DNA of 64,000 nt from Oceanispirochaeta sp. (GCA_963666275.2 CAXXOA010000001.1:896001-960000); one strand, 5' to 3'; numbered from the stretch's first letter, positions 37,991 through 48,802 are shown. Notes: a model not told the origin generated them from the letters alone. Program-made: numbers and translations.

Positions 37991-39688
37991 ATGGTAACTG
38001 AAAAAAAACTGCTGCTGATTCGTTTGATCACAGCTGTTGCCGCGGTTCTGACAGCCTCTGTCTCTGTATGGGCATGGCAGATAGGGAGGAACCTCTCCAT
38101 TTCTTCTGTGACTGTATTATTATTCATTCTTGTTGTTACACTTCTCATTATGATTCAATCCCATCTCCGTCAGATGAGAGAGTTCCTCCGTCAGCTCGCT
38201 GCCTTTCAGCAGGGACAGGAAACTGCAGAAAATCTGTCTCAGGAAGGAGACCCTCTATTCCATATGCTTTCGGACGGATGCAGGAGAACTTCAGATATGT
38301 GCCTTTCTCTGCAGGAAGGTAACCGGGAGCTGGGGCTGCTGAGTACGAATCTTTCGGATTCATTGGAAAAAAGCATAACCAATATGGTCGAGGTATACAA
38401 AAAAACACGGACCATCAACGAAGGTGCATCCCTTCTGAGGCAGGAAATTGCCAGTTCGACTGCCGCTATGTCTCAGATTTCCCTGAATAACAGCGGTTTT
38501 GTTTCTCAGGTAGACAGCCAGGTAGCCGCCATAAACCAGACCTCCGCCGCTATTGAAGAGATGGCTGCTTCCATTGACAGTGTCAGAAACATTGCCGAGG
38601 GCAAAAGTACCGCTGCCAGTGAACTCCAGGATGAGGCCAGGATCAATTATGACAAGATGAATAGTACCAACAGCTTCATTATGGATATAAACAACAGGGT
38701 GGGAGATGCCCTTTCCATGATTGAAGTCATCGATAATGTGGCGGCTCAGACCAATCTTCTTGCCATGAATGCCGCCATTGAAGCCGCCCATGCGGGAGAG
38801 TCGGGTAAAGGATTTGCTGTTGTTTCCGATGAGATCCGGAAGCTGGCAGAGAGTTCCGCTCAGAATGCTCATGAAATCTCCAGAAGCCTGAAAGAGCTGA
38901 TTGATATGATCCAGGGGGCTTCTAAAGCCAGTAAGGAAACAATTGAAAATTTCTCTCAGGTTATGAGTTTCATTAATGAGGTTGTTTCGGCATTCAGGGA
39001 AATCCACTCTTCTACGGACGAACTGTCCGCCGGAAGCCGTGAAATGGTCAATGCCCAGTCATCTCTGATTGAGGTCTCAGACACAATCAGGAACGGCAGC
39101 AGAGAGATTCAGACTGGAATTGATCAGATACAGGAAAGTATCATCAAAATCAACAGCCTGTCGGATCAGAATCTCACAGACTCGGATTCCATAAAAGGAA
39201 GTGCCGCTGATCTGAACATGGAGCTGAACACCCTGGCGGGGCTCTTTATTTCCAATAATAATTATACTTCTTCCCAGTCCCGTCTCCTCAGAGAGTCGCT
39301 TCCGGAAAACGGTAAGCCCCCCAGTGCTCTGCATAAGCTGGAGTTGAGTGAGTACTCCAATCTTCTGCTGAAGTACCAGACCTGGGTAAGCCGGATTCGG
39401 AGCATCCTGGATCATAAGATGCCCTTTGATCCCGCCCTGATCGTGGATCATAAACACTGCGATCTGGGTCTCTGGTGTGAAAAGTATGCGGCCCAGGTCA
39501 TGATGAAAGAGGACTATGAACAGATGCAGGATTATCATCAGCAGTTTCACAGGAAAATCCGCGACATCTATGAAGGACTTGATAAAAGGTCTGCCGAAGA
39601 GCTGCAGTCTCTTTATGAAGAGATCATTATTCTTTCCTCAAATATTCTCTTTTATCTCAGAAAATATAAGGACGATTTTATTTTCTGA
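37991..39688 (+). CDS. MCP with minimal periplasmic loop and C-terminal CZB domain
   Basis: Two adjacent TMs; [26 protein letters not shown] and HQQFH. Confidence 0.88.
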   Translation: MVTEKKLLLIRLITAVAAVLTASVSVWAWQIGRNLSISSVTVLLFILVVTLLIMIQSHLRQMREFLRQLAAFQQGQETAENLSQEGDPLFHMLSDGCRRTSDMCLSLQEGNRELGLLSTNLSDSLEKSITNMVEVYKKTRTINEGASLLRQEIASSTAAMSQISLNNSGFVSQVDSQVAAINQTSAAIEEMAASIDSVRNIAEGKSTAASELQDEARINYDKMNSTNSFIMDINNRVGDALSMIEVIDNVAAQTNLLAMNAAIEAAHAGESGKGFAVVSDEIRKLAESSAQNAHEISRSLKELIDMIQGASKASKETIENFSQVMSFINEVVSAFREIHSSTDELSAGSREMVNAQSSLIEVSDTIRNGSREIQTGIDQIQESIIKINSLSDQNLTDSDSIKGSAADLNMELNTLAGLFISNNNYTSSQSRLLRESLPENGKPPSALHKLELSEYSNLLLKYQTWVSRIRSILDHKMPFDPALIVDHKHCDLGLWCEKYAAQVMMKEDYEQMQDYHQQFHRKIRDIYEGLDKRSAEELQSLYEEIIILSSNILFYLRKYKDDFIF

Positions 39689-39822
39689 GAGGGACGGAGG
39701 TCCATTGATCCTCCGGTTGCTTCCCTCTGAGGGGACGGAGGATCTCAAAGGGAACTCACCATAAAAAGAAATTCATTTGAAGATGGAAGAAATTTCATTA
39801 CTTAAGTGTTATAGTATACCCT

Positions 39823-40845
39823 ATGGTATCAATTGTTCATTATTTGCTTCATCTGTCCAGGCTCTTCTTTCTGGTGTTTCTGCTGGTATTCTCGTCCTGC
39901 CGGACAGCTCCTGATCTGAAAGAGCAGATTCTTAATATGCCGGCGAAGCAGTATACTCATTACTCTTTTGATTCCCGGTCTGATCTGATCTCACGGGTTA
40001 AGGATCCGCCTGCTGTCCTTCTGGATTATCTGAGGAATATGGATAACAGGGAGGACTATTCTGCATATACTCCGGATGAAAAAGAGCTGGCCATGCTGAA
40101 TGAGTATCTACAGCTTCTTCCTCCGAAAAATCTTGAAGTGATGCAGGAGAAACTGGCAGGGATCTATTTTGTTGAGAATCTGATTGGAAGTGCTCTGGCC
40201 GATTACGTCCTTGATGATGAAGGATGTCTTTACAACATATTGATTATCAATCCCGAAACTATGCATCACAGCATGACAGACTGGCTTAGTTACAGGGAGA
40301 ATTCCTGCTACAGGGACAGTCGTGACAGGATACAGATTTCCTGCGGCAGTAAATATACAGGTCTCTTATATACGCTCCTCCATGAATCCGCCCATATTGT
40401 GGATTACAATATGCATATCACTCCTTATACCGAGTACACAAGTATGATAGGAACAGGATACAGCCCCGATAAGAATAATGTTTTTATCCTGGATATCTGG
40501 AAGGATTACAGAACTCCGGTTAAAGAGTATTACAAAGAGAGCTTTATGGAAAATATATCCTTCTATGGTCTGGGGGAAGGTGCTGAAATTGATTTTGAAG
40601 GAGCTCAGGAGGTATATGATCAACTTCTGACGACTCCCTTCATCTCACTCTACGGTACCATGAGCTGGGCAGAAGATTTTGCAGAACTTGCCACCTGGCA
40701 TCACTATACTGAAGTTCTTGGAGAAACATATCAGGTTATTCTGAAGAGAGATAGTATGAATATCCGGGAATGGGGATTTTTGGAAAATCCCCTTGTAGAA
40801 GAGCGACTTGCATCTCTGGATGTCTTGTATCAGAAGAATCAGTAG
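39823..40845 (+). CDS. Lipoprotein, putative zinc metallopeptidase
   Basis: Lipobox VFSSC; HESAH; SLYG...AEDFAE. Confidence 0.65.
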   Translation: MVSIVHYLLHLSRLFFLVFLLVFSSCRTAPDLKEQILNMPAKQYTHYSFDSRSDLISRVKDPPAVLLDYLRNMDNREDYSAYTPDEKELAMLNEYLQLLPPKNLEVMQEKLAGIYFVENLIGSALADYVLDDEGCLYNILIINPETMHHSMTDWLSYRENSCYRDSRDRIQISCGSKYTGLLYTLLHESAHIVDYNMHITPYTEYTSMIGTGYSPDKNNVFILDIWKDYRTPVKEYYKESFMENISFYGLGEGAEIDFEGAQEVYDQLLTTPFISLYGTMSWAEDFAELATWHHYTEVLGETYQVILKRDSMNIREWGFLENPLVEERLASLDVLYQKNQ

Positions 40846-41720
40846 GATGTCTGTCTTGCGGAAGGATCCGCCAGAGACTCCAGGATCTGTCTGAAAAGAT
40901 TGTGAATCAGATACCTTTCAAAGGAATTTTCACTTTCAGGAAAGTAGCTGATCAGATTGGAGAGAAGCAGGTCCGTATCTTTTTTATTGATAGGAAAGCG
41001 GCGGCCCAGAAGGTTTGCCTCCAGGTCCCTGTTCCTCAGGATAAGACGGCCTCCGTTGGTAAAAGCCAGGCGGAAGTCTGAGAGGACTCCCTTTTCGATG
41101 GATGCCAGGCAGTTCACAGTCATAAAGCTGTCATTCTGAATATTGACTTTTCTATGAAAGGAGAAGTTGCCTTCGTAGTAGGGAATCCGTACCCGTGTAA
41201 GAACTTCCGCTTCCCCCAGGTTTATGGCCCCCTCCTGCGTCAGAAGGGAGTTGATGGTTGTCCAGCGGGATTTCATTGACATTTTCCCGTTTCTCCGGGG
41301 TTTCACATGACGGATCTCAATACGGCTGTCCAGGAGCTGCAGGACAGGCAGCAGGTCCATCCTCCTTCCGGGAATACAGATATTGCCGCCCAGGGTGGCC
41401 ATATTCCTGATAGGGTAGGGCCCCATTTCTGTCATGGTTTCCTGCATCAGGGGGATATTGAATATATAGGCTGTATCAATGAGTCTGTTGATGGTGACGC
41501 AGCACCCTGCTTCGGCATACCTGTCTGTCCGGGTGATCCGTTTCAGTTCTTCCAGCTGAGAAAGGGCCAGCACGGAGTGATGACCTTCCTCCTGGTTGAG
41601 ATAGTGATTCATCAGATGGGTCCCGCCGGCCAGAAGCTGGGTATTGGGACTCTTCCGGTACAGTGTCAGAAGTTCCAGCAGATTCCGGGGAATACTGATA
41701 TGAAACCCTTTCGCTTTCAT
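40839..41720 (-). CDS. XDH/CoxM-like FAD-binding subunit
   Basis: LAGGTHL, IRNMATLGGNI. Confidence 0.85.
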   Translation of the reverse strand: MKAKGFHISIPRNLLELLTLYRKSPNTQLLAGGTHLMNHYLNQEEGHHSVLALSQLEELKRITRTDRYAEAGCCVTINRLIDTAYIFNIPLMQETMTEMGPYPIRNMATLGGNICIPGRRMDLLPVLQLLDSRIEIRHVKPRRNGKMSMKSRWTTINSLLTQEGAINLGEAEVLTRVRIPYYEGNFSFHRKVNIQNDSFMTVNCLASIEKGVLSDFRLAFTNGGRLILRNRDLEANLLGRRFPINKKDTDLLLSNLISYFPESENSFERYLIHNLFRQILESLADPSARQTSY

Positions 41721-42193
41721 TTCTTCTGCCTCCGCTGCCTGACTTCGGATGCCTTGAGAATTCCTTTTTTCAGAGTTTCATAGGGGGTGCAGTTGCATTT
41801 TACAGTGGTGAGAATCTCTTTCATCTGCCTTTTATCCGGTCTGATATATTTATCCAGAAGGATCCCGGTGGAGAGAGTCCGCGTGGGAGCGCAGTAGTCG
41901 CAGAGATGAACCCCCGCCTGCTTGAATCCCTCGAACACATCATTGAAATCCTCCAGTTCCGCATATCCTTCAATCGTGAGAACCTTCTTTCCCTTGATCT
42001 GAAATACAGGGACCATACAGGAGTAGACGAGTTCTCCGTCCAGCACGACCGTACAGAGGCCGCAGTACCCTTTTCCGCAGGCCGACCGCAGCCCTGTCAG
42101 ATTGTAGTGATCTCTGAGTATTTCCGAAAGCTTTTTATAGGCGGGGACTTCAATGGTTGTATCACTGCCGTTCAAATTGAATTCAATCAGCAT
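41717..42193 (-). CDS. XDH/CoxS-like 2x[2Fe-2S] subunit
   Basis: CGKGYCGLCTV..C; CDYC..CNC. Confidence 0.88.
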   Translation of the reverse strand: MLIEFNLNGSDTTIEVPAYKKLSEILRDHYNLTGLRSACGKGYCGLCTVVLDGELVYSCMVPVFQIKGKKVLTIEGYAELEDFNDVFEGFKQAGVHLCDYCAPTRTLSTGILLDKYIRPDKRQMKEILTTVKCNCTPYETLKKGILKASEVRQRRQKK

Positions 42194-44240
42194 ATTCAGG
42201 GCCTCCCGTGAGAAGGTCTCCCGGAGTCAGGGGGAGAGATGTTATCTTCAGTCCCGTCGCCAGAGACACAGCCTGGGAAAAAGCCGCCGGAACGGATCCC
42301 AGGACAAGTCCTTCGAGCCCTCCGATCCTCCGTGCCGGGTTGTCCGAATCGATAAACTCGATTTTAAGTTCCGGAAAGACTGTCGGGCGAATGGACTGTT
42401 TTTTCAGGCACTGGCAGAGAGCCAGGCGGACTTCCGCTTCGATATAGGATCTGGCAGACTTCTGGTCCAGTATATAACCGCAGTCCAGGGAGAGCCATAT
42501 CCGGGGGACTTTCAGTTCCATGGTCGCCGTTTCCAGTTCTACATCTACCACGGCAGCTCCCCAGGAGGGGAAGGCGAAAGGGTTTCCCTTCAGGGTATCC
42601 CTGTCCCACTCTTTTTTGGTCCGCCGGCGATAGGTGCTGGTTTCCGTTATGGGAAGAGCCTCTCTGAATCGTTTCTTCTGTACAGAATCACAGCTCTGAT
42701 CAATCAGCCTTGTCAGTATCGTGGTTGATCTTGAAAGGGTGGAGGGGCCTGTAAATGTCTGCTCATCCGCCAGATCCATTGTAAAGGAAATCTGTTCCTC
42801 CGGAATGGACATCTGGGCGGAGATCCTCTTGCGCCAGAGGGCCATGAGACCCGGAGACGCGGGGACTCCGTTGATCCTTATATTCAGGTTTCCCTCTTTA
42901 TCCAGGGTCGTAGAGGTATTGGCGGCCGTGAGTGTTTTTGCCTGAGAGAGAAATTCATTTCCCTGAAAACAGACTGCCATACCGATACCGCTGTAGGATT
43001 TCGGCTGAAGTTCCAGTTGCTTGATATTTTCCCGGAGCTGTTTTCCCGCGGCATGTTTTCTTGCAAAATCAGAGCGCTTTGTCAGGTGCTCCATCATTTC
43101 CTTCAAAGGCGGGGCCTGTTTGACCGAACCGGCTGTGGAGAGAAGATTCCCTTTGCCGACAAGATTTTTCCGCCGCCAGGTAGCCGGGTCTATACCGGAC
43201 TGTTCCGCCAGAGTATTGGCAAGCATTTCCAGACCGTAGAAGCCCTGAGGCAGTCCCCATCCTGTCATGGGAAGCCAGGGGGGGGTGTTGCTCCGGTAGG
43301 CTTCTCCCTGTATGCGGATATTCCGGCACTGATAGTATCCCGCAGCGGATATACAGATTCTGCTGAGAACTTCCGAGGCAAAACAGCCGAAGGCTCCCGC
43401 GTCGAGCTGAAAGTTTCCTTCCAGGGCCGTGAGTTTTCCCTGGCTGTCAATGCCGGCTCTGTAGTGTATTTCAAGGACTCGGGGAATAAGGATCTCCCGG
43501 GTACTGTACTCCATGAGTTTGATAGGCTGTCTCAGGATGGAGGCAACCGCTACGGCCAGTGCTGCGGGAATGGCAGACTGCCAGATATGGGAATCCCAGG
43601 AACGGCCGGCTGTATTGAACTGAAGCTCAACCTGCTTGGGACTGATTTTGGCCGACAGGGCGCAGAATTTCCTGACAAGCGAGGGCCATTGGGTATGGAG
43701 ATTGAGAATATAGCGGCCGCCCTCTTTGGTACAGAAAACTCCCATACGGGGATAGCTGGGTACCTCCGGCATTTCCAGCGAGTAGGTTCCTTCCAGTATT
43801 ATCTCCGCCTTGTTCAGTCCCTTCTGTATATCTCCTTTTGAAACCTCTTTTACAGCGGCTCTTGTCCCGGGATCATTGATTCCCGGAGGAGGGTAGGCGG
43901 GAATCTTCCTGATACGGCACTGGATTTTCCGGCCGTAGCGGAAAAGAAGATCCTGATCGGGACTTGTGAGAACCCCTACGGGCTGTCCTTTATAGTGTAC
44001 TTTTTTATCGGCCAGAAGAGGTATGGATCCCTCGGGAAGGGGCATCTCATTTTTCCCCGGTAGATCCTCAGCTGCGAAAAAATCCATGTTTTCAGGGAGT
44101 TCGGGAACATCAATGCCCAGAAGGAGTCCCGAATCATAGGGACTGCGGATCAAGAGAGCATAAATCAGCTTTTTGCTGGTCATATCCTCGGGAAATCGAA
44201 CCCGTCCCGCCATGCGGTTCCGGAATTTTTCTTCATCCAA
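42183..44240 (-). CDS. XDH/CoxL-like large subunit with degenerate Moco-binding motifs
   Basis: GRVRFPED, IRSP, EDLPGKN, V.YKGQPV a/b-hammerhead; likely TTG start 44240 overlapping aminotransferase stop. Confidence 0.8.
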   Translation of the reverse strand: MDEEKFRNRMAGRVRFPEDMTSKKLIYALLIRSPYDSGLLLGIDVPELPENMDFFAAEDLPGKNEMPLPEGSIPLLADKKVHYKGQPVGVLTSPDQDLLFRYGRKIQCRIRKIPAYPPPGINDPGTRAAVKEVSKGDIQKGLNKAEIILEGTYSLEMPEVPSYPRMGVFCTKEGGRYILNLHTQWPSLVRKFCALSAKISPKQVELQFNTAGRSWDSHIWQSAIPAALAVAVASILRQPIKLMEYSTREILIPRVLEIHYRAGIDSQGKLTALEGNFQLDAGAFGCFASEVLSRICISAAGYYQCRNIRIQGEAYRSNTPPWLPMTGWGLPQGFYGLEMLANTLAEQSGIDPATWRRKNLVGKGNLLSTAGSVKQAPPLKEMMEHLTKRSDFARKHAAGKQLRENIKQLELQPKSYSGIGMAVCFQGNEFLSQAKTLTAANTSTTLDKEGNLNIRINGVPASPGLMALWRKRISAQMSIPEEQISFTMDLADEQTFTGPSTLSRSTTILTRLIDQSCDSVQKKRFREALPITETSTYRRRTKKEWDRDTLKGNPFAFPSWGAAVVDVELETATMELKVPRIWLSLDCGYILDQKSARSYIEAEVRLALCQCLKKQSIRPTVFPELKIEFIDSDNPARRIGGLEGLVLGSVPAAFSQAVSLATGLKITSLPLTPGDLLTGGPEYAD

Positions 44241-45435
44241 GGGAAACCCCCGACTGCATCCGCGCGGCACAGCCTATTGTCCTGACGCAGCTGCAGACTC
44301 TCTCCAGCTGCTCTTCCGTCATATCCGGAAAAAGTGGCAGGCTGATGATGCGTCTGAACATCTCCGCCGCCCGGGGCAGATCCTGAGGATTCAGACTGTA
44401 CCGTCCGGCATAGTAGCTCATCATATGAAGAGGTTTGTAGTGCACCGAGGTTCCGATTCCCATCTCCTGCAGTTCTTCGATAAACCGGTCCCGGTCAATG
44501 GAGAGTCTTTCCGGTTTGAGGCGGATCATGAAAAGGTGCCAGGCATGGGTCTCCTTCATAGCGGGAAGTTCCAGAAAATCCAGGTCTTTCAGATTTTCCA
44601 GATAGGCTTCCACAAGGGCTCTTCTCCTGCGGAGAAACTCTTCCGCCCGTTTCAGCTGCACCCTGCCTATGGCAGCGGACAGATCGGTCATATTGTATTT
44701 GAATCCGGGAGCGGCAATATCGTACTCCCAGGCGGCTTTCCGGGAGGTATAGCGGTCCCAGGCGGCTCTGTTGATTCCGTGGAGCCGCATGATCTCCATC
44801 CGCCTGACAAGATCCGGATCCGTTGCGGCAATCATTCCGCCTTCTCCGGTGGTTATGGTCTTATTGGCATAGAAAGAGTACACTCCCGCATCGCTGAAGG
44901 TGCCCACATACCCCCGATCCGTTTTCACAGGGAAGCAGTGCGCCGCATCTTCCACCAGAAAGAGATTGTACTTTTCAGCAAGGCTATGAAGTTCTTCCAG
45001 GTATTCGGGATCTCCCCCGATATGGACCGGGAGGATTCCCCGTACTCGTTTCCCTTTGCCCAGGAGTCGTAAAATCTCGGTTTCCGTTTTTTCAGGGTCC
45101 ATGTTCCAGCTGTGCTCTCCCAGATCCACAAACCAGGGATCTGCGCCGCAGTAGCGGATAACCTCCGCAGTGGCTGTAAAGGTGTAGGAGGGGACTAGAA
45201 CAATATCTCCGGGACCGACACCCAGAGCTTCCATCACGAGATGGAGCCCGGCTGTTGCCGAATTGACGGCTAACGTGCGGGAGGCTCCGGTATAGCGGGC
45301 AAACTCCTGTTCAAAGGCCAGGGTTTCCTTTCCCGTGGTCAGCCAGCCGCTTCTGAGAACTCTCAGGACAGCCTCTTCCTCCTCCCGTCCGATGGAGGGG
45401 CGGGAAAAAGGGATAAACTCAGTATTCCGGTTCAT
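44233..45435 (-). CDS. DegT/DnrJ/EryC1/StrS sugar aminotransferase
   Basis: NSATAGLHL, EDAAH, SFYANKTITTGEGG, GFKYNMTD. Confidence 0.93.
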   Translation of the reverse strand: MNRNTEFIPFSRPSIGREEEEAVLRVLRSGWLTTGKETLAFEQEFARYTGASRTLAVNSATAGLHLVMEALGVGPGDIVLVPSYTFTATAEVIRYCGADPWFVDLGEHSWNMDPEKTETEILRLLGKGKRVRGILPVHIGGDPEYLEELHSLAEKYNLFLVEDAAHCFPVKTDRGYVGTFSDAGVYSFYANKTITTGEGGMIAATDPDLVRRMEIMRLHGINRAAWDRYTSRKAAWEYDIAAPGFKYNMTDLSAAIGRVQLKRAEEFLRRRRALVEAYLENLKDLDFLELPAMKETHAWHLFMIRLKPERLSIDRDRFIEELQEMGIGTSVHYKPLHMMSYYAGRYSLNPQDLPRAAEMFRRIISLPLFPDMTEEQLERVCSCVRTIGCAARMQSGVSLG

Positions 45436-46891
45436 TGTCTGGTACCTGAAGGGAGGGAAAGAATTTTTTCAGAATATTCCGGAGAGCATTCCGGTTTCTG
45501 AATACGTCCGGATGTTCCGGATCGAAAAAGCAGATGGGATCCACTTCTTCGGCCAGTTCTCCGGCGGAAAAATCAGCCTGCTCCGCCTTGACTTTGAAGA
45601 TCCGGGCGTATTCGGTCTGGATAGGATCCTCCCTGTTGTTCCAGAGTTTCTCCACAACCTTTTCTCCCGGACGCATTCCTATAAAATGGATGGGAATATC
45701 TTCCTCTTTGTAGCCGTAGAAGCGAATCATCTGTTTGGCCAGGTCCAGTATCCGGATCGGTTCACCCATATCCAGGACATACAGGCCGCCGTTGTGTCCC
45801 ACCCCTCCGGCTTTCAGAACAAGGGATGCCGCTTCGGGTATGGTCATAAAATAGCGGGTCGTATCCGGGTGGGTCACTGTCACGGGACCTCCCGCGAGGA
45901 TCTGTTCCTTGAAGAGAGGGATAATGCTTCCCCGTGATCCCAGAACATTGCCGAACCGGACAACCATGTAGTCCAGCCCCTTCTTCCTCTCCTCCAGAAC
46001 AAGCATCTCCGCCAGACGTTTGGTGACGCCGTAGGTACAGGAGGGGGAGACGGCTTTGTCTGTGGATATCAGTACAAGGCGGGGAACCCCTGCGGCCTCG
46101 GCGGCTCTAATCAGGTTGAGGGTTCCGAAGACATTGTTCTTTACCGCTTCCACAGGATTGAATTCAAGCATGGGCACATGCTTGTGGGCGGCGCAGTGAA
46201 ACACGACGTCCGCCTTCAGACGTTTCAGGATAAACTCCATATACTGCTTGTCCTGCAGATCCCCGATGATGGGTACCACGGTGGCTTTTTCACCCACTCC
46301 GCCTTCCTGCAGAAGCCTGAGTTCCCTGTCGATCCTGTAAATGCTGTTCTCTCCATGACCCAGCAGATAGAGCCTCTCGGCTCCTCCCGAAAGGAGCTGC
46401 CTTGCCAGTTCACTTCCGATACTCCCTCCGGCTCCTGTAATGAGAACTCTCTTGCCCCTCAGGTAGGAAAGGCTCTCCACAAGATCTATGGCTACCGGAT
46501 TCCGTCCCAGAAGGTCTTCCGGATCAATATCTCTTGCCTGAACCAGATGGGCGTGGCCATTGACGATCTGGGATATATTGGGAAGGATCCGGATCCTGGT
46601 AAACTCGGCCTTGCTCAGTGTGTTGTAGATCCTGGCCAGCTCTTCTCTTGAAGCCGTGGGAATGGCAATGATGGCTTCGTCCGCGGGAGTCGTCCTGAGT
46701 ATCCTGGTAAAGGCATTAATCGGCCCCAGGACCGGGACATCTGCTATCTGGGTTCCAATCTTTTCAGGATTGTCATCCAGGAAGGCAACAACCTCTCCGG
46801 CGTTTTTTTTTCTGTTGATCTCTTCTGCTATATTAGAGCCGGCAAACCCGGCTCCTATAATGAATATTCTATTCCCTTTCTTTACGCTCAC
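45419..46891 (-). CDS. NDP-sugar 4,6-dehydratase (CapD/PglF family, no N-terminal TMs)
   Basis: ITGAGGSIGSEL, HCAAHKHVP, ISTDKAV, RFGNVLGSRGS; likely GTG start 46891. Confidence 0.92.
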   Translation of the reverse strand: MSVKKGNRIFIIGAGFAGSNIAEEINRKKNAGEVVAFLDDNPEKIGTQIADVPVLGPINAFTRILRTTPADEAIIAIPTASREELARIYNTLSKAEFTRIRILPNISQIVNGHAHLVQARDIDPEDLLGRNPVAIDLVESLSYLRGKRVLITGAGGSIGSELARQLLSGGAERLYLLGHGENSIYRIDRELRLLQEGGVGEKATVVPIIGDLQDKQYMEFILKRLKADVVFHCAAHKHVPMLEFNPVEAVKNNVFGTLNLIRAAEAAGVPRLVLISTDKAVSPSCTYGVTKRLAEMLVLEERKKGLDYMVVRFGNVLGSRGSIIPLFKEQILAGGPVTVTHPDTTRYFMTIPEAASLVLKAGGVGHNGGLYVLDMGEPIRILDLAKQMIRFYGYKEEDIPIHFIGMRPGEKVVEKLWNNREDPIQTEYARIFKVKAEQADFSAGELAEEVDPICFFDPEHPDVFRNRNALRNILKKFFPSLQVPDNEPEY

Positions 46892-47110
46892 CTGATCAGA
46901 ATAACACAGCATGATTGATTAGTTAATAGAACTGTTATTAAAACTTTTCTCGTACAAAAGGCTTCGTAATCCTGAAAAAAACGCCGATACTAAGAAAAAC
47001 CTCCTGTTGTCTGCATGAGCAGACGGCAGTGCCGTTGATCATCCTCTGATAATCGACGGCCCTTGAGAGAGAGGATTTTCAGAGAAAATCCGGACGCTTT
47101 TACAGGAGTT

Positions 47111-47566
47111 ATGATGAGTCGATTTATAGTATGGAAAAAATTACTGCCCCTGTTTACAGGCCTTGTCTTTATGACGGCAAATCTTGCCGGGCAGACTGTT
47201 ATTGTCAATACGGTTCCGGCAGCCTCTGCGGGAGAGCAGGAACCTGATTCCTCGGAGGCTGTTGATTCGGGGATTATGGAAGTTCTCTTTGACAGGGGCT
47301 ATATCATTTTCAGTCAGTCAACAGACGATTCCAGAGAGACCCTCCTTTCCACTGCCAGGAATACGGGGGCGGATATTGTTCTCTCATGGAAAATGCAGGA
47401 TGAAGCGGTTTCGGGTATGCTGCTGGACTGTAATACAGGAGATGTGGTACGGAGTGTAGACCTCTCCGTGGAAGATCTTGAAAACCCGGTGGAAAATCTT
47501 CACAGGAAATATGTAGCCCTGGGAGAAAAACTATGTGATCATCTGATTCCGGAAAACTGGAACTGA
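47111..47566 (+). CDS. Secreted hypothetical protein
   Basis: Signal peptide; GGAG RBS before ATG 47111. Confidence 0.6.
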   Translation: MMSRFIVWKKLLPLFTGLVFMTANLAGQTVIVNTVPAASAGEQEPDSSEAVDSGIMEVLFDRGYIIFSQSTDDSRETLLSTARNTGADIVLSWKMQDEAVSGMLLDCNTGDVVRSVDLSVEDLENPVENLHRKYVALGEKLCDHLIPENWN

Positions 47567-47583
47567 AAGAGGGGAGCCTGAAT

Positions 47584-48780
47584 ATGCATACAGAAAGATT
47601 AGGAAAAATATTATTTCAAAGAGCCGCGGTCCTCTGGCTGCTTCTGGCGCCGGTTCTGCTTTCATCCGAACCTGTCTGGTCGGGGAATGCTTCGGTGGAC
47701 GGTGCAGAGTTTGTCAATTTTATAGAAGATACTCCCCTGGCCGGAGCCTCCAGTTCCTTTACAAGAAATACTGTCATTGAGGTTACCAATGCCCAGAACG
47801 GAAGGACCGTGGAAGTGACCATTGTGAAAAGAGCTCCCCGGCCCGGAGTCTTTCTTGTGTTAAGTTCCGCAGCAGGGGAGGCCCTGGGACTTCCGGCGGA
47901 CCAGGTTGTCCCGGTACAGGTCCGGGTAAAAAGCGATAGCGCTTCCTCCAGCTATGAAAACAGGTTCGAAAGTCCTGATCCCGATATAAATCCTGCGGTT
48001 TCACTTCCCGAGGAGGCTGCTGCCGCCGGTACAGCTCTTGTCCCACCCGATGCCTCTGTTCCTCCGGAAGCCCTTCCTGAGGCGGGAGATGCAGATTCCG
48101 TAGAGGGTGAGTTTTCACCGGAAGCGGAAGAGGCGCTGCCCGAACCGGATTTTCTTGACGGTCCTGTTCCGGTTCCCCTGCCGGATGTACCCATTGTCAT
48201 GGAAGAAGAGACCATCCCGGAGGAAGGGGTCTCTCCCGTTTCTCCTGAGGTTCCCCCTGTGGAGGAGGTCATGGGTGAGGACTCCTTTCCAATGGACGAA
48301 GACGCTCTTGTACTGGCGGAAGAACCGGCGGTCATACCCGTTCCGGAGGAAACAGCGGAAGAAGAGCTCTTTCCGGAAGAGAGCGATCCTGCGGAAGGCT
48401 TGCTCCCCGAGGATATGGCAGGAGAGAATGTTATCTACTTTCTGACTCCTTCGGATTTCAGGCCTCCTGAAGCTCCGGATGTGGAGGAGGAGATTGTTCC
48501 GGTTTATGTTGACAGGGAGGAGCTTGAAAACAGGATTGAAGAGCAGCTTGAAAACGGCTCCTCCTATATACAGCTGGGTGCCTACTCTTCATCGGAACTT
48601 GTCTACGGAGAAATGGACAGGATTGCCGTGAAGTATCCCATGATTGTCTGGACAGACGATTCGGGAAGCGGTCCTGTATACAAGCTTCTGATCGGCCCCC
48701 TCACAGGTGATGAAACAGGTGTTCTTGTCTATCGTTTCAGAGCCGAGGGGTATCACGACCTTTTCCTTTACAGACCCTGA
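47584..48780 (+). CDS. RlpA-like DPBB + acidic Pro/Glu linker + SPOR domain protein
   Basis: VEVT/NGRTVEVTI..LSSAAGEALG; YIQLGAYS..YKLLIGP. Confidence 0.75.
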   Translation: MHTERLGKILFQRAAVLWLLLAPVLLSSEPVWSGNASVDGAEFVNFIEDTPLAGASSSFTRNTVIEVTNAQNGRTVEVTIVKRAPRPGVFLVLSSAAGEALGLPADQVVPVQVRVKSDSASSSYENRFESPDPDINPAVSLPEEAAAAGTALVPPDASVPPEALPEAGDADSVEGEFSPEAEEALPEPDFLDGPVPVPLPDVPIVMEEETIPEEGVSPVSPEVPPVEEVMGEDSFPMDEDALVLAEEPAVIPVPEETAEEELFPEESDPAEGLLPEDMAGENVIYFLTPSDFRPPEAPDVEEEIVPVYVDREELENRIEEQLENGSSYIQLGAYSSSELVYGEMDRIAVKYPMIVWTDDSGSGPVYKLLIGPLTGDETGVLVYRFRAEGYHDLFLYRP

Positions 48781-48802
48781 AAGATTCCTTATCCTTAAGA
48801 GT

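Noticed and set aside
44233..45435. E1-type 3-dehydrase needing the FAD/FeS subunits as reductase
   Set aside because: Retains the PLP Schiff-base Lys (SFYANK) and has no FeS Cys motif, so it is an ordinary aminotransferase
46960..46992. sigma28 promoter (GCCGATAC)
   Set aside because: No TAAA -35 at the right spacing
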